DNA of 64,000 nucleotides from an uncultured bacterium (GTDB lineage: Bacteria; Patescibacteriota; Minisyncoccia; UBA6257; 2-01-FULL-56-20), in contig OY970358.1 of the NCBI GenBank assembly GCA_963718575.1, positions 258,172-322,171 on the forward strand. Direction: 5' to 3'. Shown piece after piece: positions 50,297 to 59,545 of the stretch. Within the stretch, counting starts at the first letter, position 1, and the number at the start of each line of letters is the position of its first letter. The notes beneath the pieces are model-generated. The model made no database searches. It saw only the letters and a program-made list of their open reading frames with translations, and had not been told where the DNA came from. A program made the position numbers and the translations under genes.

Positions 50297-50872
50297 TCAC
50301 TCGGTACTGGGCGGATCGAGCAGGAGGTCAAGGAGCGACTTCCAGTCCTTTGCACGAACCGTGTCGGATCTGTCTTTGTACTGATCATATTCCAACGGTT
50401 CAGCGAGGTTGGAAGGATCGTACCGACAGACCAGATTTCGGTCGTTGCAGAGGATGACCTTCGCGCCCGCGACCATGAACGGCGTCGGCGAACCTTCGTG
50501 CTTATTGAAAGCATCGAAGCACGCAGAAGCCGGATGGTCGTGGTGGCTGCTGTCGGTCAGAACGGCGACATACTTCGCGCCCTTCTGTGCCGCAAGCAGC
50601 GCAAGGAAAATCCCAACTGGCATTTCCTTGCCGACATGCTCGTATCCCTCGGGCCCTTGGCTCTCATTACTCGCAGGCATCAAGAGGTCAACCAGCACTG
50701 CATCGAACTGCCCAGCATTCTCGTACTCCCACGGCTTCGCCCGGTTTCTTGTACCCCGGATCGCTGCGAGGCCGTCGTCGTAGCTTTGCGCTGTGGTCAG
50801 TTCGTGGTCGCCTAATTGCGCTTTCGCTGCTGCAAGATGAGTCGCCTTGTCGTCGATTACCAAAATCTTCAT
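50297..50872 (-). CDS. Atypical stand-alone receiver-like protein
   Basis: KILVIDD, DAVLVDLLMP, with insertions. Confidence 0.7.
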   Translation of the reverse strand: MKILVIDDKATHLAAAKAQLGDHELTTAQSYDDGLAAIRGTRNRAKPWEYENAGQFDAVLVDLLMPASNESQGPEGYEHVGKEMPVGIFLALLAAQKGAKYVAVLTDSSHHDHPASACFDAFNKHEGSPTPFMVAGAKVILCNDRNLVCRYDPSNLAEPLEYDQYKDRSDTVRAKDWKSLLDLLLDPPSTE

Positions 50873-51095
50873 GTTATTCTCCTTTTTGCCTTTTTACCTG
50901 CTGCGCCTTTGGCTACAGCGCATACCCTGCAATTTATGTAGGTTATACGCTGTATCCAAGGGCTCGATAAGGCCAATTTAAGGTTCTGAACGTATTATAC
51001 CATATCTATTGACATTGTCAAGCACCTATGCTATCGTTTAGACAGCTAATCCCACAAGGGTTTTGGCAGGTAAATAAGGCAGAAAGGAGTCCGAT

Positions 51096-51587
51096 ATGGA
51101 GACAAAAGGACGCGTGAAGGGATATGTTCTCGGGCAGGATTATGCCGAGGGCATTCCTACATGGAAAGTCCGCGTGACCGATGAGTCATCTCCTTTTGTG
51201 GGCGACAAGCTATTTGTAGCTTCCGTTCATGATGAGATAGCACTCGCAAACGGTCTTGAAGTCACCTTCTTGATCGGCGCTTTCACTGGACGTGGCAAAG
51301 AGACCTATCACAAGGCGCTCGATGTCGCACCGCCAGTGGTCATTCCAAAATGCGACTTCTGTGATCACATCGCAGAGATCGGCATTGAAGTGAGCGGCTA
51401 TAACGAGCGCGGGCAAGTCGATGAAGGCGGGGCCACAGAATACATTCGCTGCTGTATTGCGGATGTTTTCCAAGGAGTACGACAGGGACAAACATCGCGG
51501 ATCGTAAGCGGAAAAACAAAACATTTCCGCTGCACGAACTTCAGTGCCAAGGAACAAGGATGGCGCAAGATGAACTCGATCTACTAA
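51096..51587 (+). CDS. Hypothetical protein
   Basis: AAGGAG SD; CDFC motif. Confidence 0.65.
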   Translation: METKGRVKGYVLGQDYAEGIPTWKVRVTDESSPFVGDKLFVASVHDEIALANGLEVTFLIGAFTGRGKETYHKALDVAPPVVIPKCDFCDHIAEIGIEVSGYNERGQVDEGGATEYIRCCIADVFQGVRQGQTSRIVSGKTKHFRCTNFSAKEQGWRKMNSIY

Positions 51588-51623
51588 CCCCTAACAGGCA
51601 TCACGGCACAAAGGAGAATTGCC

Positions 51624-52067
51624 ATGCTGGTTATCAATACGAAAAAAGGCGCGGTTGTCTCTGTTGAAGAAAAGAACATGGGAACCGCACGTAACGTCAT
51701 TGAGCGGGTCGATCGTATGTTCGACATGATGTTCGGATTTGGGGAGCTCAAACACCCCGCTTCCGAGAGTGCTACGCTGGTAAAAGAGGCAGCGAAGGAA
51801 GTGGTCAAGATCCATCACGATCGCCACTTACAGGCAGAGCAAGCGATCAAGGATTATCGCAGTCGTTTCTTCTTGGTTCGCTGGTTCATCAAGACGCCCC
51901 AGCCCTACGCCGACGTGACCGAAGAGCAAGTGCTCAACGCATATCGGGAGAAGTTCAACAAGTTCTATCGGTGGCTGGTCGACAAGAACCAGAACTCCAA
52001 CTTCTACTTCGGCCAGATCGAAGAAGAAATCACTGCATGCGCCGAGTTGATAGAGGCGCTGAAGTAA
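51624..52067 (+). CDS. Hypothetical protein
   Basis: AAGGAG SD; terminator at 52095-52123. Confidence 0.65.
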   Translation: MLVINTKKGAVVSVEEKNMGTARNVIERVDRMFDMMFGFGELKHPASESATLVKEAAKEVVKIHHDRHLQAEQAIKDYRSRFFLVRWFIKTPQPYADVTEEQVLNAYREKFNKFYRWLVDKNQNSNFYFGQIEEEITACAELIEALK

Positions 52068-52285
52068 CGAACACCAAATCCAGCCAACGCTGGTGGCCCG
52101 CTCTTTCGAGAGTGGGCCTTTTTCATATTTAATGCCGCGCAATGAGATTGTGCCTTTGTAAATAACGCAGGCGTTTTTATTTTCATTTCATCTTTAGTTT
52201 TTATATCTATTGACGACTATGCCATTTATATGGTATAAGTCGCACAGCTGTCTTGATAGTAGTAATCAGAAAGTGAGGTGGGCAA

Positions 52286-52597
52286 ATGCCTCGAGACGGA
52301 ACAAAAAACCGGGTCGAGGAATTACAGCATGAAGCTCAAGGAGCTATCGGCTACCCCGAACTGGTTGCACTCGCATCGGATGTCAGCATGACTCCGAATC
52401 GGGCGCAAAGCGTTGCAGCATCCCGGTGGCCACGCCGTCAGGCACGGGCCACATACTTCCTTGCCAAGCTCCGAAGGGATTTCCCTGAAGAGTTTGCGCA
52501 ACTGGCAAGTATAACCATAACCCCTACAGAGCACGCTCGGCCCCAGCGGTCAGAGCACGCACGAGGAGATAATCATGGTGACGACAAGCGTTCATGA
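52286..52597 (+). CDS. Hypothetical protein
   Basis: GAGG SD, upstream TTGACG..TATAAG. Confidence 0.5.
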   Translation: MPRDGTKNRVEELQHEAQGAIGYPELVALASDVSMTPNRAQSVAASRWPRRQARATYFLAKLRRDFPEEFAQLASITITPTEHARPQRSEHARGDNHGDDKRS

Positions 52598-53873
52598 AAA
52601 AAGACGTCAACTGGCCTTCGTCGAAGATCCGACAGAACGCCTTCGGCTGATGCTGGTAAACAACCTGAAGGATGATGCCCTCGAGAACTTGAACAAGATG
52701 ATTGAGGCAGGCATCTACTTCCAAGACGCGAGCCGCGGTAGTGGCATCAAGCAGATCGATGACGGCAAGCGTTCGAAAGAGCAAGAAGAGCCGATCGTCT
52801 GCTCACTTGACCACAAAGCGTGCTTTACCCTTTCGGGTATCGCAAAGTTCTTTGGCTGGAAAAAGAAGCAGATGGCGGATTTCGTCATCCGGCTTCTCGA
52901 AAAAGCCATTACGATCCATCCGTGGAATATGCGGAAGGAGATTGAAAGCTGGGCTGGTTCATGGGAAACGTGGGCGACGTATCGGGCGTACAAGTTGTAT
53001 GTCCCTGCGAAGCATCCGATCCGTCCGGCGGTTGAACGCTGGCTGCTCGAAGCATGGTTTCAGGAAGCGTACTTCTTTAGCTACCTTGGTGACGAATGGG
53101 ATCAGGAGTGGCTCGGACAGATATTTGAGGAGAGGAGTCTCGGCTTACACCATCCCTACCACCAAGAAGCCACCGTCAACCACTGGTCAGCACGAGCCGA
53201 TGCACTCGCAAAAAAGTTTCGCGAACTCGGCGCAACCAAGGAGGAGACGAAAGAAGTCTTCTATCGCTGGCTCGAACACTGGGGGCCGGGCAGTCTCAAC
53301 CCCGATTTTGTTCTTGCCGTCGCCAACATGGAGATTTTTTCATGGAGGGACGAACGCAGAGCGAAGGCGATCCAACCGCGGCTCAAAAAGGCGCTCGAAT
53401 ACGTCTTCGAGGGAAGCAATCTCTATTCTCCTTACATCGTTATCGGCCTTCATTCGGCTGGTATGAAAGTGGAGGGTGAAGGGAGGAAGCTTTACTGCGA
53501 TCGCCTTGCTTCTGTACTTGCCGAAGGAAAGATCGGCTACGCACACACCGTCAACGAACTCATCGGCAAGGCATTACTCGATAGAGACAAGCCCGAGTTA
53601 AGGGAGGTCGTAGCGCAGGCCTTCGATGGCGCGGTGCAGAAGGGCGAGTTCGGCATTGCTGCCGCCCTTGTCCAACAGTTTGGCGAAGATGCCTGCTTCA
53701 ATGCAGATATTCTCCAAGCCCGTGCCAAGAAGGAAGCAAAGAAGTGGAAGTCGGCCCATGCTCAACTGGTAGCAGAACGTCGGACGCAAATCCGTGAAGC
53801 GATTGGGATTGCGCAAGCAGCCCAGAAGCCCATCAGGTTCGACTACACTGTCCCCTTTCTGACGCAGGACTAA
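52575..53873 (+). CDS. Hypothetical helical protein
   Basis: 432-aa ORF with AGGAG SD and terminator. Confidence 0.75.
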   Translation: MVTTSVHEKRRQLAFVEDPTERLRLMLVNNLKDDALENLNKMIEAGIYFQDASRGSGIKQIDDGKRSKEQEEPIVCSLDHKACFTLSGIAKFFGWKKKQMADFVIRLLEKAITIHPWNMRKEIESWAGSWETWATYRAYKLYVPAKHPIRPAVERWLLEAWFQEAYFFSYLGDEWDQEWLGQIFEERSLGLHHPYHQEATVNHWSARADALAKKFRELGATKEETKEVFYRWLEHWGPGSLNPDFVLAVANMEIFSWRDERRAKAIQPRLKKALEYVFEGSNLYSPYIVIGLHSAGMKVEGEGRKLYCDRLASVLAEGKIGYAHTVNELIGKALLDRDKPELREVVAQAFDGAVQKGEFGIAAALVQQFGEDACFNADILQARAKKEAKKWKSAHAQLVAERRTQIREAIGIAQAAQKPIRFDYTVPFLTQD

Positions 53874-53884
53874 ACAACAAACAA

Positions 53885-53920
53885 GACCCGGGATGCGAAA
53901 GCACCCGGGTCAATTTTTTT
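53885..53920. terminator. Bidirectional intrinsic terminator
   Basis: GACCCGGG..TGC-GAAA-GCACCCGGGTC with T-rich tails on both strands. Confidence 0.8.
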
Positions 53921-54038
53921 ATACTATCACTTTCGGCGCAATCTCGAGAATGCCGGAGTATCGCAACTCCTTCTCAAAATCCGTCCAGTTTATCGCTCGA
54001 AAAGCATCCAAAGGCAGTGTCGTTACTTGTCCATTCTG
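53919..54038 (-). other. Predicted detached C-terminal segment of the serine integrase (39 aa + stop)
   Basis: QNGQVTTLPLDAFRAINWTDFEKELRYSGILEIAPKVIV*, in frame with the integrase across the GCGGAGC core. Confidence 0.65.
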
Positions 54039-54128
54039 CGGAGCAGTCAACATTTAGTATCGGACAGACCGAGATCCTTAATTGTAAGAGGGTTCAAATT
54101 CCTGTATATTCAATGAAACGCCGAGCAA

Positions 54129-54542
54129 ATGAAAAAACGCATTTCCAAATACACCCCACGAGGGTATAGCCTTTCCGTGCGCCGTTCGCTGACCGGCAAA
54201 GGGCTTTTCACCAAAGAAGATATCCCGAGCGGCGTCTGCATCATCGAATACACCGGCCGCGTCCTTAGCAAAAAAGACGCGGAGAATAGTGACGGCAAAT
54301 ATCTCTTTGATGTGAGCGCAGGGAAAACGATCGACGGGAATATCCCCTCCAATCGGGCGCGGTACATCAATCACTCCTGCAGGCCGAACTGCGAAGCCAT
54401 CGGCCCGGACGGTAAGGTATTTATCTTTTCCCGTAAACGTATCAAAGCCGGGACCGAGCTCACGTATGACTATGGAAAGGAATATTTCGACGGGTTCATC
54501 AAGCCGAAGGGGTGTCGGTGCGAGAAACATCGGGGAAAATAG
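54129..54542 (+). CDS. SET-domain protein-lysine methyltransferase
   Basis: G.GLF, IIEYTG, ARYINHSC.PNC, ELTYDYG, post-SET CRC. Confidence 0.92.
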   Translation: MKKRISKYTPRGYSLSVRRSLTGKGLFTKEDIPSGVCIIEYTGRVLSKKDAENSDGKYLFDVSAGKTIDGNIPSNRARYINHSCRPNCEAIGPDGKVFIFSRKRIKAGTELTYDYGKEYFDGFIKPKGCRCEKHRGK

Positions 54543-54650
54543 AGCGCATGATATTAATCTCTTTTATAGGATAAGAACTTCGCCACCCTTTGCATTCATC
54601 ACCCCCAGTGCTACAGTGGAATAAGAGTTTTTGATTTAGGAAGGGAACAT

Positions 54651-55094
54651 ATGAAACGTTTTTTACGCATCGCACGTAGCGGTGTTCTTGCGGCCATCTG
54701 CTACTTCGCCTCCGGAACTGTAATCCTCGGTCTGGAAAAAATAGAGAAGAAGGCATGTCTTCCTGCTGAACTTGCAGGAAAAACCCATAATGATTATCCG
54801 CTGTATGCCCGCTCGATACCACGCGAAATAACTTCGTGGTGCATGGCGGGGCCACCGATCATGATCATCGGAAATCAGAAAGCGTTTCGTCCGGGGACCA
54901 AAGATCCACTCCCTATCCCATCACCCGAAGAACGACAAATAAGTGTCGTCCAGGTCCGGAAGAATTGGCCATTGGTACTTCCCTATCTCGCGATGACCAC
55001 CAAGCATAAATGGCATCTGCGAATAGGAGCCCGATGGAACCCTACGGAGGGATACTACACCTTTCCAAGCATTACGATAAAACAGTTACAGTAA
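54651..55094 (+). CDS. Hypothetical ORFan
   Basis: Own promoter TTGCAT..TACAGT and terminator at 55093-55125. Confidence 0.6.
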   Translation: MKRFLRIARSGVLAAICYFASGTVILGLEKIEKKACLPAELAGKTHNDYPLYARSIPREITSWCMAGPPIMIIGNQKAFRPGTKDPLPIPSPEERQISVVQVRKNWPLVLPYLAMTTKHKWHLRIGARWNPTEGYYTFPSITIKQLQ

Positions 55095-55143
55095 GGGGCA
55101 ACGCTACCAGCGTTGCCCCTTTTTTACTGCGCTACGCCATTGA

Positions 55144-55527
55144 CTAGCGCTCTTCGGCATTCAAAATTCTTTGCAGATCGACGATGCTGATCGGTTTTGT
55201 GAGATGATGATCGAATCCGGCGGTGTAAGCCTTTTGCTTGTCTTCATCCTGACCGTATCCCGTGAGGGCGATCAACGTCCCCGAAAACATCAGCTTGCCC
55301 CGGATGGTGTCGGCGGTTTCATATCCATCCATATCCGGCAGGCCGATGTCGAGGATGATACTGTCGGGTTTTTGCCGCGGGATCTTCTGCACCGCCTGGG
55401 CTCCGGTGTATGCGTAATCAACGGAGCACCCCATGAGCGATAAAAGTTTTCCGACGCCATGCGCCGCCGCAGTATTGTCGTCGACGGCAAGCACGCTCCC
55501 GACCTCCACAAACTTGACGATTTTCAT
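55144..55527 (-). CDS. Single-domain response regulator receiver
   Basis: VDDN, LDIGLPDMDGY, IALTGYG, AGFDHHLTKP. Confidence 0.85.
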   Translation of the reverse strand: MKIVKFVEVGSVLAVDDNTAAAHGVGKLLSLMGCSVDYAYTGAQAVQKIPRQKPDSIILDIGLPDMDGYETADTIRGKLMFSGTLIALTGYGQDEDKQKAYTAGFDHHLTKPISIVDLQRILNAEER

Positions 55528-55537
55528 TCCTCCGTTG

Positions 55538-55627
55538 AACGTAGTCGGCCGCATACCCGCTCCGCTCCAAGCCTTTTTTAAGGGATTCCGCCAGTTTTAT
55601 CTGGTCTTCAATAATAAGTACTCTCAT
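55538..55627 (-). pseudogene. N-terminal fragment of an OmpR-type response regulator
   Basis: MRVLIIEDQIKLAESLKKGLERSGYAADYV, then homology stops. Confidence 0.6.
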
Positions 55628-55684
55628 GATATCTCTGTATTGGTATTACACCATAGAGAATATGAAAATATCATGAACATCGTT

Positions 55685-55948
55685 TCACCGATGCACACAC
55701 CCGGCCCAGCAACACGGCCGACGCATTCCTTCTTTTAGCTCCGAGCACACCCTGAGGACATGCTCCCTTCTTGTTTCCGCCTTCACGACGGAGATGGTCC
55801 AGCAGATCCATTCGTTGCGCGCGAGCGGAGTGATATCCTCCCATTTCGCCCGCGCCGCCGGGTCGGAAAGGAGCGCCTTTCGCAGGTCTGCAGGCATTGT
55901 ATGCACCACGCCGCCGGAAAGTTTCTTTTGAGGTGACGCAGAATTCAT
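55685..55948 (-). CDS. YdeI/OmpD-associated family protein
   Basis: P.DLR.AL, ITPLARNEWICW, RRPCCW.GC.H. Confidence 0.85.
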   Translation of the reverse strand: MNSASPQKKLSGGVVHTMPADLRKALLSDPAARAKWEDITPLARNEWICWTISVVKAETRREHVLRVCSELKEGMRRPCCWAGCVHR

Positions 55949-55959
55949 TCGCGTATATA

Positions 55960-56442
55960 TTATTTTTTAGCGGACAGAAAATTAGTTAACTTTTTCAACT
56001 GCTGAGTAAAACCGGCTTCCATGCCCTGAACGGCCATCCCTGCCTTAGGGCCTGTCCTATAGATGACCGCCCTTACGGTTACTTTAGTTTTTCCCTGCTC
56101 TTCGGCAAAGGCAACTTCCGTGATTTGGTCGATGGTGGTCTCTTCTTTGTCGCCCTCAACCCACGCCTGCACGCTATAAGAAAGCCGTGAGTCCGGCTCA
56201 ACGACGGTGAACGTTCCCAGCATCGGCCACTGCGTGCCCTTATATGGACCCATCGCCTCCCCCGCTTCCATGACTATATAAATTTTACCGCCGACCCGCA
56301 GGTCGATTTCACATTCAGGGATGGTGACGTTATCAGGTCCCCACCACTGCTTTATCATTGCCGGATCCGTCCACGCGTTCCACACCAGTTCGCGCGGAGC
56401 GTCGTACACTCTCTCAATGGTCACTTCTTTAATGCTTTCCAT
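55960..56442 (-). CDS. SRPBCC (AHA1/START-like) domain protein
   Basis: R.YDAPRELVW.AWTDP...QWWGP, DLRVGG. Confidence 0.9.
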   Translation of the reverse strand: MESIKEVTIERVYDAPRELVWNAWTDPAMIKQWWGPDNVTIPECEIDLRVGGKIYIVMEAGEAMGPYKGTQWPMLGTFTVVEPDSRLSYSVQAWVEGDKEETTIDQITEVAFAEEQGKTKVTVRAVIYRTGPKAGMAVQGMEAGFTQQLKKLTNFLSAKK

Positions 56443-56761
56443 ATTTTTTTGATTTATTTTTTTCTGTCTTTAAAACCGCATCCAGCCTGTCAAGCCGCCG
56501 CTGCCAAAGTTCCGTCGTATGCCTTGCCCACCGCTCAAGTTCATTCATTGCGCCTGCATCGATCGTATAGATCCTCTGCCGCGACCTTTTTTCCATGTGC
56601 ACAAGCCCTGCCTCGCGCAACACCTTGAGGTGCTGGGATATCGCCGGTGGACTGGAATTGAACTTGCCGGATATATCCGTCGCCGACAGCTCGCCATTTT
56701 CGGCCAGCAACTCTATGATGCTGCGCCGGGTCGGCTCTGCGACTGCGGTGAATATATCCAT
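56429..56761 (-). CDS. ArsR-family transcriptional regulator
   Basis: F.A.AEPTRR.I, PAISQHLKVLREAGLV. Confidence 0.92.
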   Translation of the reverse strand: MDIFTAVAEPTRRSIIELLAENGELSATDISGKFNSSPPAISQHLKVLREAGLVHMEKRSRQRIYTIDAGAMNELERWARHTTELWQRRLDRLDAVLKTEKNKSKKYGKH

Positions 56762-56777
56762 AGTTCAAAGATACGCC

Positions 56778-56813
56778 GCTTCATTAATTAAGTCAATACT
56801 TAATTAATGAAGC
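56778..56813. promoter_or_regulatory. 16-bp perfect inverted repeat covering the -35 of the arsR promoter (likely operator)
   Basis: GCTTCATTAATTAAGT-CAAT-ACTTAATTAATGAAGC; minus strand TTGACT-N17-TATCTT. Confidence 0.75.
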
Positions 56814-56890
56814 ATCCGTCCATTGACATGGCCGCGCTCTATCTCCTATTGTATCAGAAGAACAAAGCCGCTTAGGCGGGAGGGGGTCGC

Positions 56891-57331
56891 ATGAAAAAAT
56901 TGCTGAAGAGCTTCGTTTTCTCGTGTATGGTCGTTGGTTTGATACCGTGCATTCCTCGCGATCTGCAGGGACAATCGCCGGAAAAACAAAAAGTTGGGCA
57001 AAAAACCGAAAGAGACTACGCAAACGAGGCGTGGATGGATGGCTATAAACATCTTTACAAGGACGAAGCGAGTCTCTGTCGTGAAGGCCTCATCCACTTC
57101 CCCGGCGATCCCGATCTTCGCGAGCTGCTTGCGGAAGGATTGAGCAACCTCGGCCAGTACGAGGAGGCTGAAATATTGTTCAAAGGGATTCTCAATTCCG
57201 AAAAGGGGGCGGATAAAGCTATTTACGTATGGGCACGTCCGCCGTATGTGGCTATGCTGAGAAAACAAAACAGGAACGCCGAGGCCGATGCGGTTGCACA
57301 GAACTCCGAAGATGTCGCCAGAAATCATTAA
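56891..57331 (+). CDS. Secreted TPR-like ORFan
   Basis: Signal-like N-terminus, LG.YEEAE..F; terminator at 57354-57385. Confidence 0.6.
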   Translation: MKKLLKSFVFSCMVVGLIPCIPRDLQGQSPEKQKVGQKTERDYANEAWMDGYKHLYKDEASLCREGLIHFPGDPDLRELLAEGLSNLGQYEEAEILFKGILNSEKGADKAIYVWARPPYVAMLRKQNRNAEADAVAQNSEDVARNH

Positions 57332-57417
57332 GGTTCTTCCCATGAATCACCGTGGCGCGATCGATTTCAACGATCGCGCCTTTTTATTGGCAGAGTTTCT
57401 TTGTTACACTTAAGTGA

Positions 57418-57912
57418 ATGGCGAAAGGCAAAAGTAATTTCTTCGAGGTAAACTCGCACAAGGCGTCGGTACGGGTGACCGTGAATTCCATCATGATGGG
57501 CGGCCTGTTCCTTATCCTCAGCTTGATCTGGACGGGCGGATCCGGAAAATTTAATGTTTTCATCATAAGCCAATTGATCCTGGCAGTACCGCTCTTATAT
57601 GTCTCCGCGCTGGCGTATTTGAAGATCGGGTATTCAGAGAAAGTTATCATGTGGGATACGCTTGGATGGTTTACGAGCAGTATCGGCGGCATTCTTATTT
57701 TAAATGCGATCGGCTTGATGACCGTTCCGATCGACGCTACCGTAACCTTCCTCTATTTCTTTCTCCTCATAGCGCTCATGTTGATATACTCGCTCATCAA
57801 CATTATCTATAACCCGCATGAAACGGCCGAAAAGCTGTTTAAATTTTTCTTCTTTTTGGTCGTGGTGGCAGCAGGAGGATTGTTGCCGTTATTGCTCGGG
57901 CTGGTACATTGA
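57418..57912 (+). CDS. Multi-pass membrane protein
   Basis: About five hydrophobic helices. Confidence 0.7.
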   Translation: MAKGKSNFFEVNSHKASVRVTVNSIMMGGLFLILSLIWTGGSGKFNVFIISQLILAVPLLYVSALAYLKIGYSEKVIMWDTLGWFTSSIGGILILNAIGLMTVPIDATVTFLYFFLLIALMLIYSLINIIYNPHETAEKLFKFFFFLVVVAAGGLLPLLLGLVH

Positions 57913-57978
57913 TAAAGCTTGGACAATTTTCATAATCTGGAGTAGAATATAAAAATTAACTAAACATTATATATACCC

Positions 57979-58104
57979 ATGGCAAAGCGAGGACACTGGA
58001 TAAACCGCCAGAAATCGAGTTCCAAGAAGACCAAAAAGCGGCTTGCCGCAAAGAAGGTCATGCTCGAGGCAAAGAAGAGCAAACGCCGCAATAAGGGCAA
58101 ATAA
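57979..58104 (+). CDS. 41-aa highly basic small protein
   Basis: Manual translation MAKRGHWINRQKSSSKKTKKRLAAKKVMLEAKKSKRRNKGK*; promoter-like TAGAAT upstream and hairpin downstream. Confidence 0.65.
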   Translation: MAKRGHWINRQKSSSKKTKKRLAAKKVMLEAKKSKRRNKGK

Positions 58105-58224
58105 GATCACAGAACAAATTCATTCGGCAAAAAAGGGTCATAGCAATCGCGCTTGACTCCCCTTTTTTATCTGGCGTTACGGTTCTGAAAGGCCAAAATT
58201 ACTGTATAATAGATAGTATCGCTC

Positions 58225-59523
58225 ATGGAAAATCGATATAAGCCCCTAAAAAAGCTTTTTACTCCCGCCCGCGCGGCTTTTTGTGCCGCCCTTGTCGCGA
58301 CCCTCGCAATAACGGCCGGTACCGCGGCGGCGCAAAACATCACGCCAACCGCCACAAGCACGGCCGCGAGCAGCAGTTCCCTGCAGGCCGAGCTTGATGC
58401 CAACAATCAGGAGATGGCCAGCCTGAACCAGCAGATCGCGACATACCAGGCCGAGCTCCAGCAGGTCGGTGCCAATAAGAAAACACTCCAGGCCGCGATC
58501 AACTCGCTCGATCTGCAAAAGAATAAGGTACAGACGCAGATCTCGCTCACGCAGACGCAGATCCAGAACACCCAGATCCAGATACAACAGCTGGGCGGCG
58601 AGATCACAAATGCACAGCAAACGATTGCGCAGGATCAAACGGCGCTCGGAGCATACCTCCAAAGCCTTCAAGTGCAGGAGAGCCAGCCTCTTATCGTACA
58701 GATGCTTTCGTCCGGCGGCCTCGTACAATCATGGAGCGACCTGAACCAGACCCTGGAGATTCAAAATGGCATCCAAAACGAGATGCAGGCACTTAAAACG
58801 GAGGAAGGCACGCTCACCTCCTCCCAGGTCGCATCACAAGAGAAGCAGACCACGCTGACCGCTCAGCAACAAGCGCTCGCGGCGCAGCAGCAATCGCTTA
58901 TTTCGACCGAACAATCCAAGAGCCAATTACTTGTCGAGACGAACTCGCAAGAAGCGACCTACGAGAAACTCCTCGCCCAGGCGACCGCGGAGCTGAACAG
59001 TTTCTCCGCGTTCGCCGCGAACGCCGGCGGCACCAAGATCCTTGGCAATCAAACCATTTGCGACTCGTGGGGTTGTTACTACAATCAACGTGACGCCTTA
59101 TGGGGCAACCTCCCGCTCGACGGGACAAAATACACCATGGCCGCAGACGGTTGCCTTGTGAGCGCCATGGCGATGGTGTTGACCCATTATGGCTACAAGG
59201 ATGTGACGCCCGAGACCATCAACGCAGACCCGAATGATTTTGCGGCATACGCTCCGGCCTATCTTTTAACGTCAATCAGTGTTGATGGCGTCACCGCCTC
59301 ACGTAAGACGGCGGCGATCGATGCCACGCTCACGACCGGCAGCCCCGTGATCGTCGGCATCAATGCCTACGGCGGCACGCACTTCGTGGTGCTCGTAAGC
59401 GGCAGTAAAGGCAATTACATCATGAAGGATCCGTACATCACGGACGGGGACGATATCAGCTTCTCCGCGAATTACTCATTGAGAAGCATCTTCGCCATTG
59501 CGAAGGTGGTGATCACGAGCTAG
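58225..59523 (+). CDS. Secreted long coiled-coil protein with C39-like peptidase domain
   Basis: Gln-rich coiled coil; YNQRD..W, GC..SAMAMV, HFVV, DP. Confidence 0.82.
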   Translation: MENRYKPLKKLFTPARAAFCAALVATLAITAGTAAAQNITPTATSTAASSSSLQAELDANNQEMASLNQQIATYQAELQQVGANKKTLQAAINSLDLQKNKVQTQISLTQTQIQNTQIQIQQLGGEITNAQQTIAQDQTALGAYLQSLQVQESQPLIVQMLSSGGLVQSWSDLNQTLEIQNGIQNEMQALKTEEGTLTSSQVASQEKQTTLTAQQQALAAQQQSLISTEQSKSQLLVETNSQEATYEKLLAQATAELNSFSAFAANAGGTKILGNQTICDSWGCYYNQRDALWGNLPLDGTKYTMAADGCLVSAMAMVLTHYGYKDVTPETINADPNDFAAYAPAYLLTSISVDGVTASRKTAAIDATLTTGSPVIVGINAYGGTHFVVLVSGSKGNYIMKDPYITDGDDISFSANYSLRSIFAIAKVVITS

Positions 59524-59545
59524 GCCCGCGCGTGCCGCCATCGCA

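Larger units (their letters stand above)
45054..54044. mobile_element. ~9-kb integrative element at the tRNA-Asn 3' end, bounded by GCGGAGC direct repeats
   Basis: GCGGAGC at 45054-45060 and 54038-54044; integrase, HTH, Rep-like gene, AbiV; in-frame integrase tail next to the right repeat. Confidence 0.7.
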
